DNA of 64,000 nt from Fimicolochytrium jonesii (taxonomy: Eukaryota). A model generated the notes under the pieces. The model did not search any database. It was not told where the DNA came from and saw only the letters and a program-made list of their open reading frames with translations. Location of the stretch: positions 186,001 through 250,000 of the forward strand of contig NW_026515692.1 in NCBI RefSeq assembly GCF_025526975.1. Direction: 5' to 3'. Shown here piece after piece: positions 36,620 through 47,539 of this stretch; position 1 is the stretch's first letter, and each line of letters starts with the position of its first letter. A program made the translations under genes and the position numbers.

Positions 36620-37571
36620 ATCTGCGCTGGCTCACAACACTCAACGCGGACGCACGACGGACCCCGTTGGGTCAGATCACGCAGTAGTTCAACGCAGGGC
36701 GTGATGATCCAGTCAGTTCCCGTACAGTTCAACGCCGGTTGAGTGACTTAGGACTTCAGCGGTCTTTTGCGGTCACAAAGCCTCGTCTCCTGCCCCATTA
36801 TAAGCGGAATCGGCTCGCATTTGCTAGAGCATATCGCGACTGGCACATCATGGATTGGGCAAAGCTTGTGTGGACGGACGAAACGTCGTGGGAGCTTGGA
36901 CATGAGAGCCAAATTCGAGTCTGGCGTCGCCCTGGAGAACGTCTTCATGAAGACTGTTTTCAGGCAAACCCTTCACGTGGACGTTCCATCATGTTTTGGG
37001 GCTGTTTCATCGGCGACCGCATTGGCCCGTTTGTTAGCTACCGTGGACGCCTTAATGCGGAGGCCTACACGCAAATTTTGCAAACCCACTTCCTTCCCTT
37101 CATCGAGAGGGTCACCAAGGATGAGCCCGAGCTTGAGAACTGGATCTTTCCGCAGGATCACTCCCCCGTTCACACCGCGCGAAGATCAAAGGAGTTTTTT
37201 CGACAAAAACTTCATTCCTTGCATGGAATGGCCTGCATATAGTCCCGATTTGAATCCCATCGAGAATCTGTGGGCTATTCTGAGGAATCGAGTCGAAAAA
37301 CAGCGCCCAAGCACTCTCGATGAGCTTGAACGGATGGCGACGGAGGAATGGGCATGTTTGGACCCTGCGATGATCTTTTCAATTACTGACAGCATGCAGT
37401 GGCGTATGCAGCAGGTTATTAATGCCAAAGGCGGCAGCATTGACTACTGAACCATCCCCGATAATAGTGCAGAATAGGTTGTATAAGTATGTTTTCATGT
37501 ATTGTATAAAAATAAACCCTTGCTGCATATAAAACCACGCGAAAATTCCGAAAACTTTTGTCGTGGTACTG
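36620..37571 (+). mobile_element. 5'-truncated second Tc1 family element with a frameshifted transposase (to 37450)
   Basis: WTDE, QDHSPVH and WPAYSPDLNPIENLW; right end ...TTTTGTCGTGGTACTG followed by TA (37572-37573). Confidence 0.88.
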
Positions 37572-37764
37572 TACAAGACGTTCATGTAGAAGTGGGGGGG
37601 TAATGGAAGCAACCAATGCATGGGCATTAGACTCCAAAGTAGTAGACCGTCCTTCTAAATAGTGTGCGTCGCCTTGGCGGGCTCCCATTGCGAGTAAGTT
37701 GGTGTCGGTGTCCAATGTAACGACGTTGGTGGGGTGAAAAGAGACGGTGATGCCCAAGGAGGCA

Positions 37765-38980
37765 TCCACTGTTACCGCAAGGTTTATGATCTTTCATAAG
37801 TGGCTCAAGAATCGAACCGGCATCTCCCTCAAGATCCTACGTACGGGTAGGGGAGACCCGCCCAGCCGCTTTCAACGCCCAAACCATTGAAGCCTTCTCG
37901 AACTCCTTCAACGCGCGTACCGAAGACACGCCTCAATCCGTCACTATGACCTGGCGACAAGCAATGGCCTCCCCTCAATCAGCTGACTTCAAACTCGCAG
38001 CTGATAAAGGGTTCCAAGCTCTAGTTGATAACGGGACTTGGGAGCTCGTACCCCATCCGCGAAATCAGCGCGTACTTGGTAGTACTTGCGTATTTCGTCA
38101 AATCTTCAATCCGGACGGTACTTTCAAGAAATTCAAGGGCTGCGGTGTCGTTCAAGGTTTTCGCCAACAACGAGGTATTGATGACAACAACACCTATGCC
38201 CCCACCCTGCCCATGTCAGTTCTACCCGTATTCCTTACCATCGCCATCTCTCTGGGTATGGAGATTCATCAACTTGATGTACCCAATGCATTCTTACGCA
38301 GCAACATCGAGGGTCCTGTTGATATTGAACGATTTCAGGGCTACGAAGATCCACGCCATCCACGCGGAGACTGGCTATACCCCTATGCAAGGGTTTATAC
38401 AGTCTGAAGCAGTCCCCGCTTCACTGGTACCGCACCCTTCGTGAACCCCTCGGTTCCCTTGGCTAGCAAACGCTGGGTAATTGCCCCTGCGTCTTCTATC
38501 GCTGCGCGGCAACCACGCGTACCCTGGACACCATCCAAATCCTTCTCCTTTACGTGGATGACTTTGTTGCCATGTGTCTACCCATCTATGTCGGTCCAGT
38601 TGAAGGTGAACTATGTTCTGACTTCAACTGTATGAACCTTGATCCCATCAAGAACTGCCTTGGTCTTGTATTCAACTAGAAGCTCTCGCTGTCAGGCAAC
38701 CGCTACATCGATGGATTACTCAAACGATTTGGACAACAACACGCAACCCTGGCCTCCACCCCATGCGCTGTGTCAGCGCGTAACCGACCCGCCTCTGCCA
38801 GCCCCCCTTTTACCAACAAGCTTCTATACCAGGAAGCAGTGGGCCTCTCATGTGGGCATCCATTGCTTGGCGCTGGGATATTCCAACTGCCGTCGGCTTC
38901 ATCACCCGTCAGGTCTCAGCTCCTACTTGAGCCGACTGGAATGATGTACTTCGCATCTACCTTAAAGGTGCCTGCACCTT
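37765..38980 (+). mobile_element. Copia-A internally deleted fragments (IN, RT)
   Basis: MTWRQAMAS, GTWELVP, HQLDVPNAFL and YVDD; paralogous to 42000-43920 in inverted orientation. Confidence 0.85.
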
Positions 38981-38984
38981 CGGA

Positions 38985-40260
38985 CGACGAACATTGGCTT
39001 GGTTGCCATCAGTGAACCCGTGAGCCACGTGGGCGCGACGAGCTGCAGTGAAAGCTTGATCAAGAGTGATGGGATTGTTGTTTTTGATGTTGATACCGTT
39101 TTGAACTTCAAAGTTTTGAACAGCATCAACAAGGTAATGGCCGATCATTGGATGCTTGAGAAGACCAGCCTTGAAGTAGCAAATTTGGTCAGTGAGAAGA
39201 ACCATGCCTTGAGTATTATCAACACGATGAGCGGCTTTGAGTTCATTGTTGGTGTCTTGAAAGATTTTTCAAGGGAATCTCGGAGCTTGAGGCCGGACAG
39301 CTTGAGCTCGATAGTGTTGCGCAAGTTGCAAGGATAAAAATGAGCGATAAGAGCAATTTGAAAAGCTGTTCAAGTTGCAGGAGGAGCAGCGGCAAAGGTC
39401 GTATTGTACCACTCAAGAGCAGTACCCTTGAGGTAGGAAGTAAGCGTGCGTAGTAGCGTACTCAGCCATAGGGAAAGCTTGAGCGTTTGCGCCTCCAGTA
39501 CCATCCGGTGCAGCTTGTACAGCTGGAATAGCAAGAGAGTCAAGAAAGGAGTGGTGTGACGAAAGGAACTCCTCGATCCTTTTGACAGCTTTAGCACCAT
39601 TGTATTTGACGAGCTTGTTCTTGCGAGGGTTCAGATACGTTTCTTGGGAAATTCGTGCTTTTCGACAAATGTCTTATCAAGGAATAACCCAGTTGCGCTG
39701 CTATCAAAAAGAACACGAGCAAACTTGTTCCCGATGCGACAATGAGAGACCCAGAGTCAAGCAGACAGTGGTTCAAAGGCAGGTTTATCGGTAGGATCGT
39801 ATGTTGTAGGCCGAGCAGAGCTACCGAGGGGCTCTATCGACCTTGGAAAAAACTCGAAGATTGATACGTAGTAGTATTCGTAGTATTCGCAGAATTGACG
39901 GCGTCATCGAGAATTTCTGTAATGCGTAACCCAGCATCAACCTGATTGGCTGAACCTTGTTGTTGATTAGATTGGCAACTGCGCTGCGGAGTTTAAGCGC
40001 CACGACCGCGCTGTCAAAAACCACCGCGTCGCTTCTGGGTTTGCGAGCCTTGCTGTTGCGTTTCGGGATTTGACCAGCATTCAACTCTCCAATGTCCCAT
40101 TTGTTACAAAGGGGACAAGGAGTCGTTGGACGTTGACGAGGATCGTGAGTAGTTTGCCATTGTCCACGTCGACAAGAGGGCTGTTGACGTTGGTAGGGAA
40201 CTTGAACTGGAGTGAGACGACTCACTCCAGGGGGATAGTATGACCTACCGAGGGCATTGG
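38985..40260 (-). mobile_element. Decayed Gypsy gag fragments related to Gypsy D, with a possible LTR/PBS near 39590-40015 and a zinc-knuckle fragment
   Basis: YLKGTALEWY and HFYPCNLRN (compare Gypsy D RFYPANLRN); a frameshifted CPLCNK.GHWRVEC; ACA-ATGGTGC at ~39603-39594. Confidence 0.6.
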
Positions 40261-40284
40261 GATGTAACGGGAACACACATATTT

Positions 40285-40348
40285 TGGGTTAGTGGTTAAG
40301 ACACCTGGCTCTCACCCAGGTGGCGTGGGTTTGATTCCTACCTTCCCC
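40285..40348 (+). tRNA. tRNA-Glu(CTC)-derived sequence, a pseudogene with no paired acceptor stem
   Basis: D-arm TAGTGGTTAAGAC; anticodon arm CCTGG-CTCTCAC-CCAGG with CTC at 40311-40313; T-arm GTGGG-TTTGATT-CCTAC; downstream T5 run. Confidence 0.7.
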
Positions 40349-40715
40349 AAACATTTTTCTCTTCTTTCTGTGACTGCACCACCTCTCCGGGGCGTTCCAA
40401 GCGATCGGCACGATTCTCTTGACAGGGGACTCGGGACGATGATACCTCCAACACCCCCACTCAAACTCACGAGTCCATCTAAGTGAAAGATAAATCTAAA
40501 CAATGAGTACAATGGGGCGGCCGTACGCGAAAAGCGGGCGGACGTCAGGTGAATAGCTATGACTAAAAATGAAAGAAATGGAAGAGTAAAATGAAAGAAG
40601 AGGGAAACACCGCGAGTATAAAACAAGAGACAGCTGTCAGTCGCCCCAGAGAGGTAAGACCAATGTTCCCATACTCAACTACCGTATCCCAGACTACCAA
40701 ACGATACGCAAAACA

Positions 40716-41369
40716 ATGGCAAACGGAGGCAAGAACGGCGGGAGTGGCAAGAAGAGCGGCGATGGCAAGAAGAAGCAAACGGCCCGTAAGACGGTAGCGC
40801 CCGCGGCCCCTCCAGCTGCACCTCCGCCAGGACCCTCACGACCGACTACACGCTCTACGCGCACTTCGTCCGCAGCGTCCGCAAGCGACTCTTCGATGTC
40901 GAAAGCCCGAGTTAGAGAAGCCCTTTGATTGGCGACGCAGGTGTCGACGTTGAGGTACCGGAAGGATAACCATGAGAACCTCGCGAAGCATCTGGCGTTT
41001 ACGAAGGCGAAACTGTATCTATTGAAGCGAAAGAAGGGGTTGTTCGAGGCTTTAATGGAGGAGGCAGACTACCTTGGATGTAAGGCAGTCTCGGAGTCGC
41101 GATATAAGGCAAAAGGCGGCATATCGAAAGAGAAGATGAAAGAGACGAAGCGCCGCAGTGATGCGGCCGAGAGACGGGAGCGAGACAAGATGATGAAGCA
41201 GCTCCAGTACTTGCGAGAGCACATGGATGATTCGTCTTCGAGTGAGGATGGAGATGGTGACGGAAACGGCGGGGGAGGTGGTCCAGGGGGACCGCCTGGT
41301 GGAGGCGGAGCCAGAGCCGGTGGAGCCCCCGGTGCCGGGGCAGCGGCGACTATCACGGTGGCAGGTTAA
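40716..41369 (+). CDS. Antisense accessory ORF of Copia-A (~217 codons, one TGA at 40926-40928); unknown function
   Basis: TATAAAA at 40617-40623 and an ACAATGG start. The paralog at 27884 has CGA at the TGA position. Protein layout: basic N-terminus, Pro/Ser linker, charged helical core, acidic/Gly tail. Confidence 0.7.
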
Positions 41370-42259
41370 GGTGCCGAAGTCGTATGTAGTGCCCAGAAGC
41401 CGTCCCGGTATGGGTGTGCCGTATGTCTTATTTGGACGTAGTCGTCGCCGGCTGTCTATTGCTAGCGACACGTCCTTCTTGAATTGCTTGAATAAATTTC
41501 GTATGTGTCTCGGGAGGAAAAGGCTTTGTAAAGTAATCAGCCAGTTGTCTCTGCGTCGCGGTGTCGAGGAGTACGACGTCTTTCTTCACCACGCAGTCGT
41601 ATAGCTTGTGGTAGCGTACGTCGATGTGTTTGGAGCATTGAGTAATAGCCGTGGAGTTGGCAATCTTGCGTGCGCTCTGATTGTCGATGTAGAGTGGCGT
41701 GGTGTCCTTGATGTTGCCGTATTTGTCGCCGAAGACCTTCGCGATGATTGAGCGGAGCCAGATGACCTGGTTGTAACCGAGGGCTGCGGCGATATACTCA
41801 GCTTCCGTGAAGCTGAGAGCTACGCACTCCTGCTTGGTGCTTTTCCAGTAGATAAGCTGGCCGTTGAAGAAGCTGGCAATGGCCACGGTAGATTTGCGGT
41901 CGTGGACATCGTCTGCGTAGGATGCGTCCGTATGGACGCAAAGTCCAGCTTGATCTGAATGACCGGACTTGTAGGTAAGCTCAAAGGTGCGGGTACCTTT
42001 AAGGTAGCGCATGATGCGAAGTACATCATTCCAGTCGGCTTGGGTAGGAGCTGAGACTTGACGTGTGACGCAGCCGACGGCAGTTGAAATAACCCAGCGC
42101 CAGGTAATGGATGCCCACGTGAGGGCCCCCACGGCTTCCTGGTAGAGAAGCTTGTTAGGAAAGGGGGGGCTCGCAGAGGCTGGTCGGGTACGCGCAGAGA
42201 CGGCGCACGGCGTAGAGAGTGGGGTAGCGTTTTGTTGTCCAAATCCTTTGACTAAACCG

Positions 42260-44965
42260 TCAAAATTGGTAACATTGCTGATTTTGAGTTGGTAACATTG
42301 CTGACGGTGAGAGCTGGTAATCGAAGACTAGACCCAGGCAGTTCTTGATGGGACCGAGATCCGTACAGTTGAAATGAGAACATACTTCACCTTTCACTTG
42401 TTTGACGTGTATGGGAAAGCAGCAGGCGATGAAGTCGTCCACATAGATAAGGAGCATCTGGAGTACGTCCAGAGTGCGCGTCGTGCTTGCGTAGCGATAG
42501 AAGACGCAGGGGCAGTTCTTTAACGGAGTAAAGCCGAGAGAACTGAGGGTTTCGCGAAGGGTACGGTACCAGAGAAGCGGGGATTGCTTCAGACCGTATA
42601 GAGCCTTGCGTAAGAGGTATACCCAGTCTGCGCGCGGCTTGTGCGGATCTTTGTAGCCTTGAAATTGTTCAACATAGATGGGTCCGTCGATATCGCTGCG
42701 TAAGAACGCGTTGGGGACGTCGAGTTGATGGATTTCCATAGCAAGAGAGACGGCACTGGAGAGGAAAAGGCGAAGAATGGACATGTGTAGGGTTGGAGCG
42801 TAGGTGTTGTTGTAATCAATACCCTTGGATTGATGAAAACCTTGAACTACACCGCGGCCCTTGTATTTCTTGAAAGTACCATCCGGAACAAAGATTTGAC
42901 GAAGTACCCAAGTACTACCGAATACGCGCTGATTGCGCGGATGGGGTACGAGCTCCCAAGTACCGTTATCGATTAGAGCTTGGAACTCTTTATCAGCTGC
43001 AAGCTTGAAGTCAGCTGTTTGACGGGAGGCCATCGCTTGTCGCCAGGTCATAGTGACGGATTGAGGCGTGTCTTCGGGATGCGCGTTGAAGGCGTTTGAG
43101 AGGGCTTCAATGGTTCGGGCGTTGAAAGCGTCTGAACGAGACTCCCAAATATCCAACGCTTCAGTCTCAATGAGATCAGAGCGTGGTTGCCAGGTAGGGG
43201 TAGTAAAACCAAACCACTTGACGAGGTATTCCTTTTGGACGTTCTTGCCGCGGCGCTGATGTTTGGAAAGGATGTGTTCGATAGGGAACTCCTCTTGCGA
43301 GGCGGGAGCATCTTCTAGAAGATCTAGGAGAGCAGGATCTTGACGAAGGTGCTCAGGGAGTCCAGTAGATTCTTCGAAACGAACGTCACGGGAAACGGCG
43401 AGAGTGTCGCGTGCTGGATCCCATACATAATAACCTTTGGTGCCTTGTTGGTGAGCATAGCCCACGAGGTACGTCTTGGTAGCACGATTAGCCATCTTGT
43501 CCCGGCCCTTGGGTGGAACAACAGTATACGTGTGACATCCAAGCTTGCGCAGATGCGCGATGCTCGGGCGGCGACTGGTAAGGAATTCGGAGCGAGATTT
43601 AGCGTCCGGGGATGCAATTGAATGCGGGTAGAGGTTGTGCAGGTAAGAGCCAGCCTCCAGGATGTACGGCCAAAGCTTGCGGGGTAGGTGAGTGTCCGCA
43701 AAGATGGCGCGTACGCGGTCCAGCAACGTCCATTTGAAGCGCTCTGCTTTTCCGTTTTGTTGACTAGAATACGCAACAGTAGACTCATGGGTAATCCCAT
43801 TGTTGTATAGGTACGACGTGAGCTCTCCAGTGTCTTCTCCTCCCCTATACGTACGCAGGATCTTCAGGGAGACGCCAATTTGATTCTTGAGCCACTTATG
43901 AAAGATCATAAACCGTGCGGTAGGAGTGGATGCCTCCTTGTCCTTGATGGAGTAGGTACGAGCGTAATTGGAGCCGTCGTCGAGGAATGCGAGACTGTAG
44001 CGCTCTCCGTCAATGCCGTGGATCCGAAATGGACCTTGTAAATCGCTGTGTATCAGCTTGCCGGGTTTGTGTGGCGGGGATGTCGATTCAGGGAAGGTAA
44101 GGCGGGTAGCTTTGCCGAGAGCGCATGGATCGCAGCGTGCGCCAGAGTCCGGCGTAGCCCCCACTGAAGGCCAATCCTCTACTATCTTTGGCATAACCGG
44201 GAGAATGTGGTTTCCAGGCTGTCCAAGACGTTGATGCAGAAGTTGGGGGTTTATACAAGCGACCAGTGCATGTGCATTGGGCTTGTAGGTAGTAGCCTGT
44301 CCTTCTAAATAGTACGCGTCGCCTTCGCGCATTCCCATCGCGAGTAGATGTCGGTCGGTGTTGAACGTAACGACGTCGGTGGGGTGAAAGGAGACAGTAA
44401 TGCCGTTATCAGTGCATTTAGCAACAGATATGAGCGGCTGGGCAAGACTGGGAACCAATAGAACATCGCAAAGAGCGAGAAGGTTGCCGCCGGACGTAGG
44501 TTGGATAAGTACGGTACCCTTCTTTTGAGAGGTAATGGTAGTCGAATCCGCGAGTCCAATAAGGCGTTGGTAGTCTTGAAGAGAAGATGGATCTAGATCC
44601 TCGATATAGGGGGTCATATGATTCGTACAACCGGAATCCACGTTCGCCTTGAAGAGGCAGACGTCGTGGTTGGCTGGTTGGACTTGAACATGCATGGCAT
44701 AAGCCATGGAGGCTGCAGCGGGTGCGTCCTGCTTGGTTTTCGCGTTCTTGTCCATGATATCCTTGACAGCTTTGTAAGTAAAGCAGTTTTCCGACTTGTG
44801 CCCGTCCCTTTGGCAGTATTTGCACCGGGGAGGCTTCTTGGTTGCGTCAGAAGACGAGGATTGGGTAGAGGGGTTGCCTCTAGAGCCGCCAGTCTTGGAT
44901 TTGTTGTTCTTCTTCTGAGGTAGAGTGGAAGTAACGTGGGCAGCGGATGCGCCCGACTGAGGCAT
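42260..44965 (-). CDS. pol: Copia-A polyprotein segment (zinc knuckle, PR, IN, chromodomain, RT), broken at ~42300 by a short duplication
   Basis: VDSGCTNHM, LHQRLG..CDPC, IHSDLQGP, QNGKAER, EYLVKWFGFTTPTWQP, LYGLKQSPLLW and YVDD. Confidence 0.93.
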   Translation of the reverse strand: MPQSGASAAHVTSTLPQKKNNKSKTGGSRGNPSTQSSSSDATKKPPRCKYCQRDGHKSENCFTYKAVKDIMDKNAKTKQDAPAAASMAYAMHVQVQPANHDVCLFKANVDSGCTNHMTPYIEDLDPSSLQDYQRLIGLADSTTITSQKKGTVLIQPTSGGNLLALCDVLLVPSLAQPLISVAKCTDNGITVSFHPTDVVTFNTDRHLLAMGMREGDAYYLEGQATTYKPNAHALVACINPQLLHQRLGQPGNHILPVMPKIVEDWPSVGATPDSGARCDPCALGKATRLTFPESTSPPHKPGKLIHSDLQGPFRIHGIDGERYSLAFLDDGSNYARTYSIKDKEASTPTARFMIFHKWLKNQIGVSLKILRTYRGGEDTGELTSYLYNNGITHESTVAYSSQQNGKAERFKWTLLDRVRAIFADTHLPRKLWPYILEAGSYLHNLYPHSIASPDAKSRSEFLTSRRPSIAHLRKLGCHTYTVVPPKGRDKMANRATKTYLVGYAHQQGTKGYYVWDPARDTLAVSRDVRFEESTGLPEHLRQDPALLDLLEDAPASQEEFPIEHILSKHQRRGKNVQKEYLVKWFGFTTPTWQPRSDLIETEALDIWESRSDAFNARTIEALSNAFNAHPEDTPQSVTMTWRQAMASRQTADFKLAADKEFQALIDNGTWELVPHPRNQRVFGSTWVLRQIFVPDGTFKKYKGRGVVQGFHQSKGIDYNNTYAPTLHMSILRLFLSSAVSLAMEIHQLDVPNAFLRSDIDGPIYVEQFQGYKDPHKPRADWVYLLRKALYGLKQSPLLWYRTLRETLSSLGFTPLKNCPCVFYRYASTTRTLDVLQMLLIYVDDFIACCFPIHVKQVKGEVCSHFNCTDLGPIKNCLGLVFDYQLSPSAMLPTQNQQCYQF

Positions 44966-46034
44966 ACTCAGGGTCTTCTCGTTGATCTGGGTGGCTATAC
45001 GGATAGCAGCTTGTTGAGAAAGACGAAGATGATCGTCATATTCTTCCTGGGCAGTTGATCTGGGTACTCAGATTCTTGGGTAGAGCTTGAAAGAAATCGG
45101 CACGGAGCACGGATTCCGGGAGCCCGGGGAGTTGTCCAGCCAAAAGGTTGAACTGGGCGACGAATTTGGTTAAACCTTGATGGGTGATTGACTTGGGCTT
45201 CAGAGCTCGCAGTCTGTGAAGAACTTGCGGCAGGTGAGTCCGGGGAATGAAGTGCCTTAACATCGCGGAGCGTAATCCGAGTTGCGGGGGCAGTCCATAG
45301 GCATCCTGAATATCGTGCCATGAAATTATGGAGAAGCGCTCGTTTTCAGGAAGGCTTTTCCACCACTGGAGAGCTGGTCCAGTGAGCGCGTTGACGACGA
45401 AGTCTACGCATTCGGAAGGCAAAATCATCTGGTACTTCATAATCACGTCAATGTGATCAATGAAGTCTTGGAGCTTAGTAACATTGGGGTCGCCGTTGTA
45501 GGTGCCGAGTTTACTAAGCGTAGTGTTGATGAAGACTTTGGAAGCTGATTTGCCGGCCGTAGGGGGTGTTACGGGAGTAACAGATCTCACAGATTCACTT
45601 TCGTGAGGAATTTCAGCGAAAGGAGGGCTTTGAGAACGTGTTTGAAAGTAAGGATGCCGTTCCGGGGCTGTATAAGCGTTTGGGACAGAGTCAACGCCTA
45701 TGTGTCCCTCCGGGCATACACACCACCGAGTCTCCAGGGGTGATCAGTCCCTGCTTACTCATTACGGACGGCGGCCGTAAACGCATTTACCCAATTCGGA
45801 TGTATTTCATAATGGCTCAATGAAGAGGTTCCATATTCGCTTCTCATTGCGCCTTCTGCGGAAGCAATGTTGGACGGTTTATGTTGGGACATTGCTGTGC
45901 CAATAATTCATCAACGAGAATCAAGATGATGCGCGACTAGATAGTCCCCTTGAGGCATGGACATTGAAAGATTATTGGACGGATGTTGCCATTCGGGGAG
46001 CGCGTCGGAATCATCGAGCGTGTTTGGGGGTGTA

Positions 46035-46445
46035 GTGGGACCTGGATCTCAGTTTCCAGCGACTTGCAGTCCTGCAGCCATTCTTCAACGTGTCTCATGT
46101 GAGAGGAGGCTCCTGAACTGATTATCCAGCACTCTGGGCTGATTTTGGTGCGTTTCGTAGCTGCCATGAAGAGGAATCCAGTTCCCTGGCTAGCCTGCTG
46201 TGGCTCGACTTGCTTCGCATTGTTGGCTTGAGCTAGCTCTTGTTTGAGTCTTTTGCACTCGTTCTTCCCATGCCCTTCAACAGTGATGGCATTGGCCCTT
46301 CATATTTAGCGTCCATAGCGTCCTTCCACTTTGCTGAGTCGCTCGAGTTCAGTGCTTGCTTGAAGGTTTTGGACTTTGTGTGCAATACTTTGGTTGCAGG
46401 AGCGTAGGCAAGGTTGCTCTGTCGAATTCGAGTGCTGGAGCAGCT
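46035..46445 (-). mobile_element. Short rearranged Copia-B fragments (knuckle-protease; RT start)
   Basis: ECWIISSGASSHM and KQALNSSDSAKWKDAMDA match 31600-31850 and 33340-33470. Confidence 0.8.
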
Positions 46446-46808
46446 TTTAAATGATTTTACACCTGCACCAGTGGCGGGAGCAAATTATATTGCTCATGAG
46501 AAGCCGCTGGCTCAAGTGAGCAGCAAAAACATTGATGTGCTAGGGTTACTATTGCTTGGGACGCGGGTGGGTGCACATCTACATAACCCGGCCACATCGC
46601 CCTCCTACCCTACCCTCGTTACCGGCTCTCACCTCCTTACTCCCGCCTCCCCGGATGCCTTGGGCGACAGTCAACCCGATCATACCACCGCGGGCCTTTC
46701 GTCGACGCCAGCCTTGCGTATTAACGTCGCCCATACACCCCCCGATATCCCATGCCCTACGCTTTCGTTTTACTCCTCCCCTACTGCTCCATCGCGTTCC
46801 CTGGCATC

Positions 46809-47240
46809 TCATCCGCGGTGGTTTTTCAAACAAAAACGAAATCCGGAAATGGGTACTCGCCCTCGGCGAGGTTGCGAATCTACGGCCCAGGTTCCAGTAC
46901 GCGCACCCAGCCCCAGTTGCGCTCGGAGAAGACATGGACAACCCCGTCCTGTCGTACCGCAGTCATAGACGAATGGCATGCGATACCTCTGTTTATGCTT
47001 CCTTACTCCACCTCCTCTGGTTCCCGGCGAATACCGGGATCTCCAAGTCCCCCGCCGAATCGCCGCCATTGCCTTTGCAAACTGCGACCAACCCGTATCG
47101 AACGTCTGGGCCGACTTCAACAGCCTCGAGATGGCAGTGGCATCATTCAAGGTTATGTCCCCCATCTCGGCCGGCTCCACCCCACGATCGACCATCGCCG
47201 CCACGTCGGGTTTTCTGGGCCTTCGCCGCAACGCCCGGAC
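46809..47240 (-). pseudogene. Possible MULE/FAR1-type (WRKY-like) DNA-binding domain remnant
   Basis: FVYDCGTTGRGCPCLLRA...GTWAV...NH resembles the Mutator N-terminal zinc finger. No catalytic domain is seen. Confidence 0.3.
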
Positions 47241-47539
47241 TTCCTGATACTTGCACCGCCTCGTTTGGCAGGTTTTCTCGCTTAGCCCGCTTGGCCTTCT
47301 CAACTTTCGCCCCCACCCTTCCCATACATAGAAAACCTTGTATATTGAAATCCTCCAATCTATCACCCATAAACCCTAACCCTAAAGCAAGATCAGTGCG
47401 AACATCCCATACCGTTTCCAGCTCCCCGGTTATTGTTGTGCATCCTTTGATTGGTTGTGCTGTCCGGCTCCTTCTGAACTTCCAATCCGTTATGGGCAGT
47501 GAAGGCTTGGTGCGGTGGGGAAGGTCAAACCATGACGGT

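Larger units (their letters stand above)
27247..37760 (-). mobile_element. Copia-A composite copy (PR/IN remnants, chromodomain, RT, RH, antisense ORF, PPT, LTR 27358-27603, then PBS of a next copy), hosting Copia-B and a Tc1 fragment
   Basis: Collinear with 40425-44410. The RT motif GRGIVQGFRQ is restored when Copia-B is removed. LLIYVDD and VYTDASYA are present. Confidence 0.9.
40425..45640 (-). mobile_element. Best-preserved Copia-A copy: gag capsid-ZK-PR-IN-chromodomain-RT-RH, antisense ORF, PPT and partial 3' LTR
   Basis: ORFs 45036..45590, 42260..44965 and 41428..42132 in Copia domain order. PPT GAGTGGGGG plus TGTTGGAG at ~40462-40446. Confidence 0.93.
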
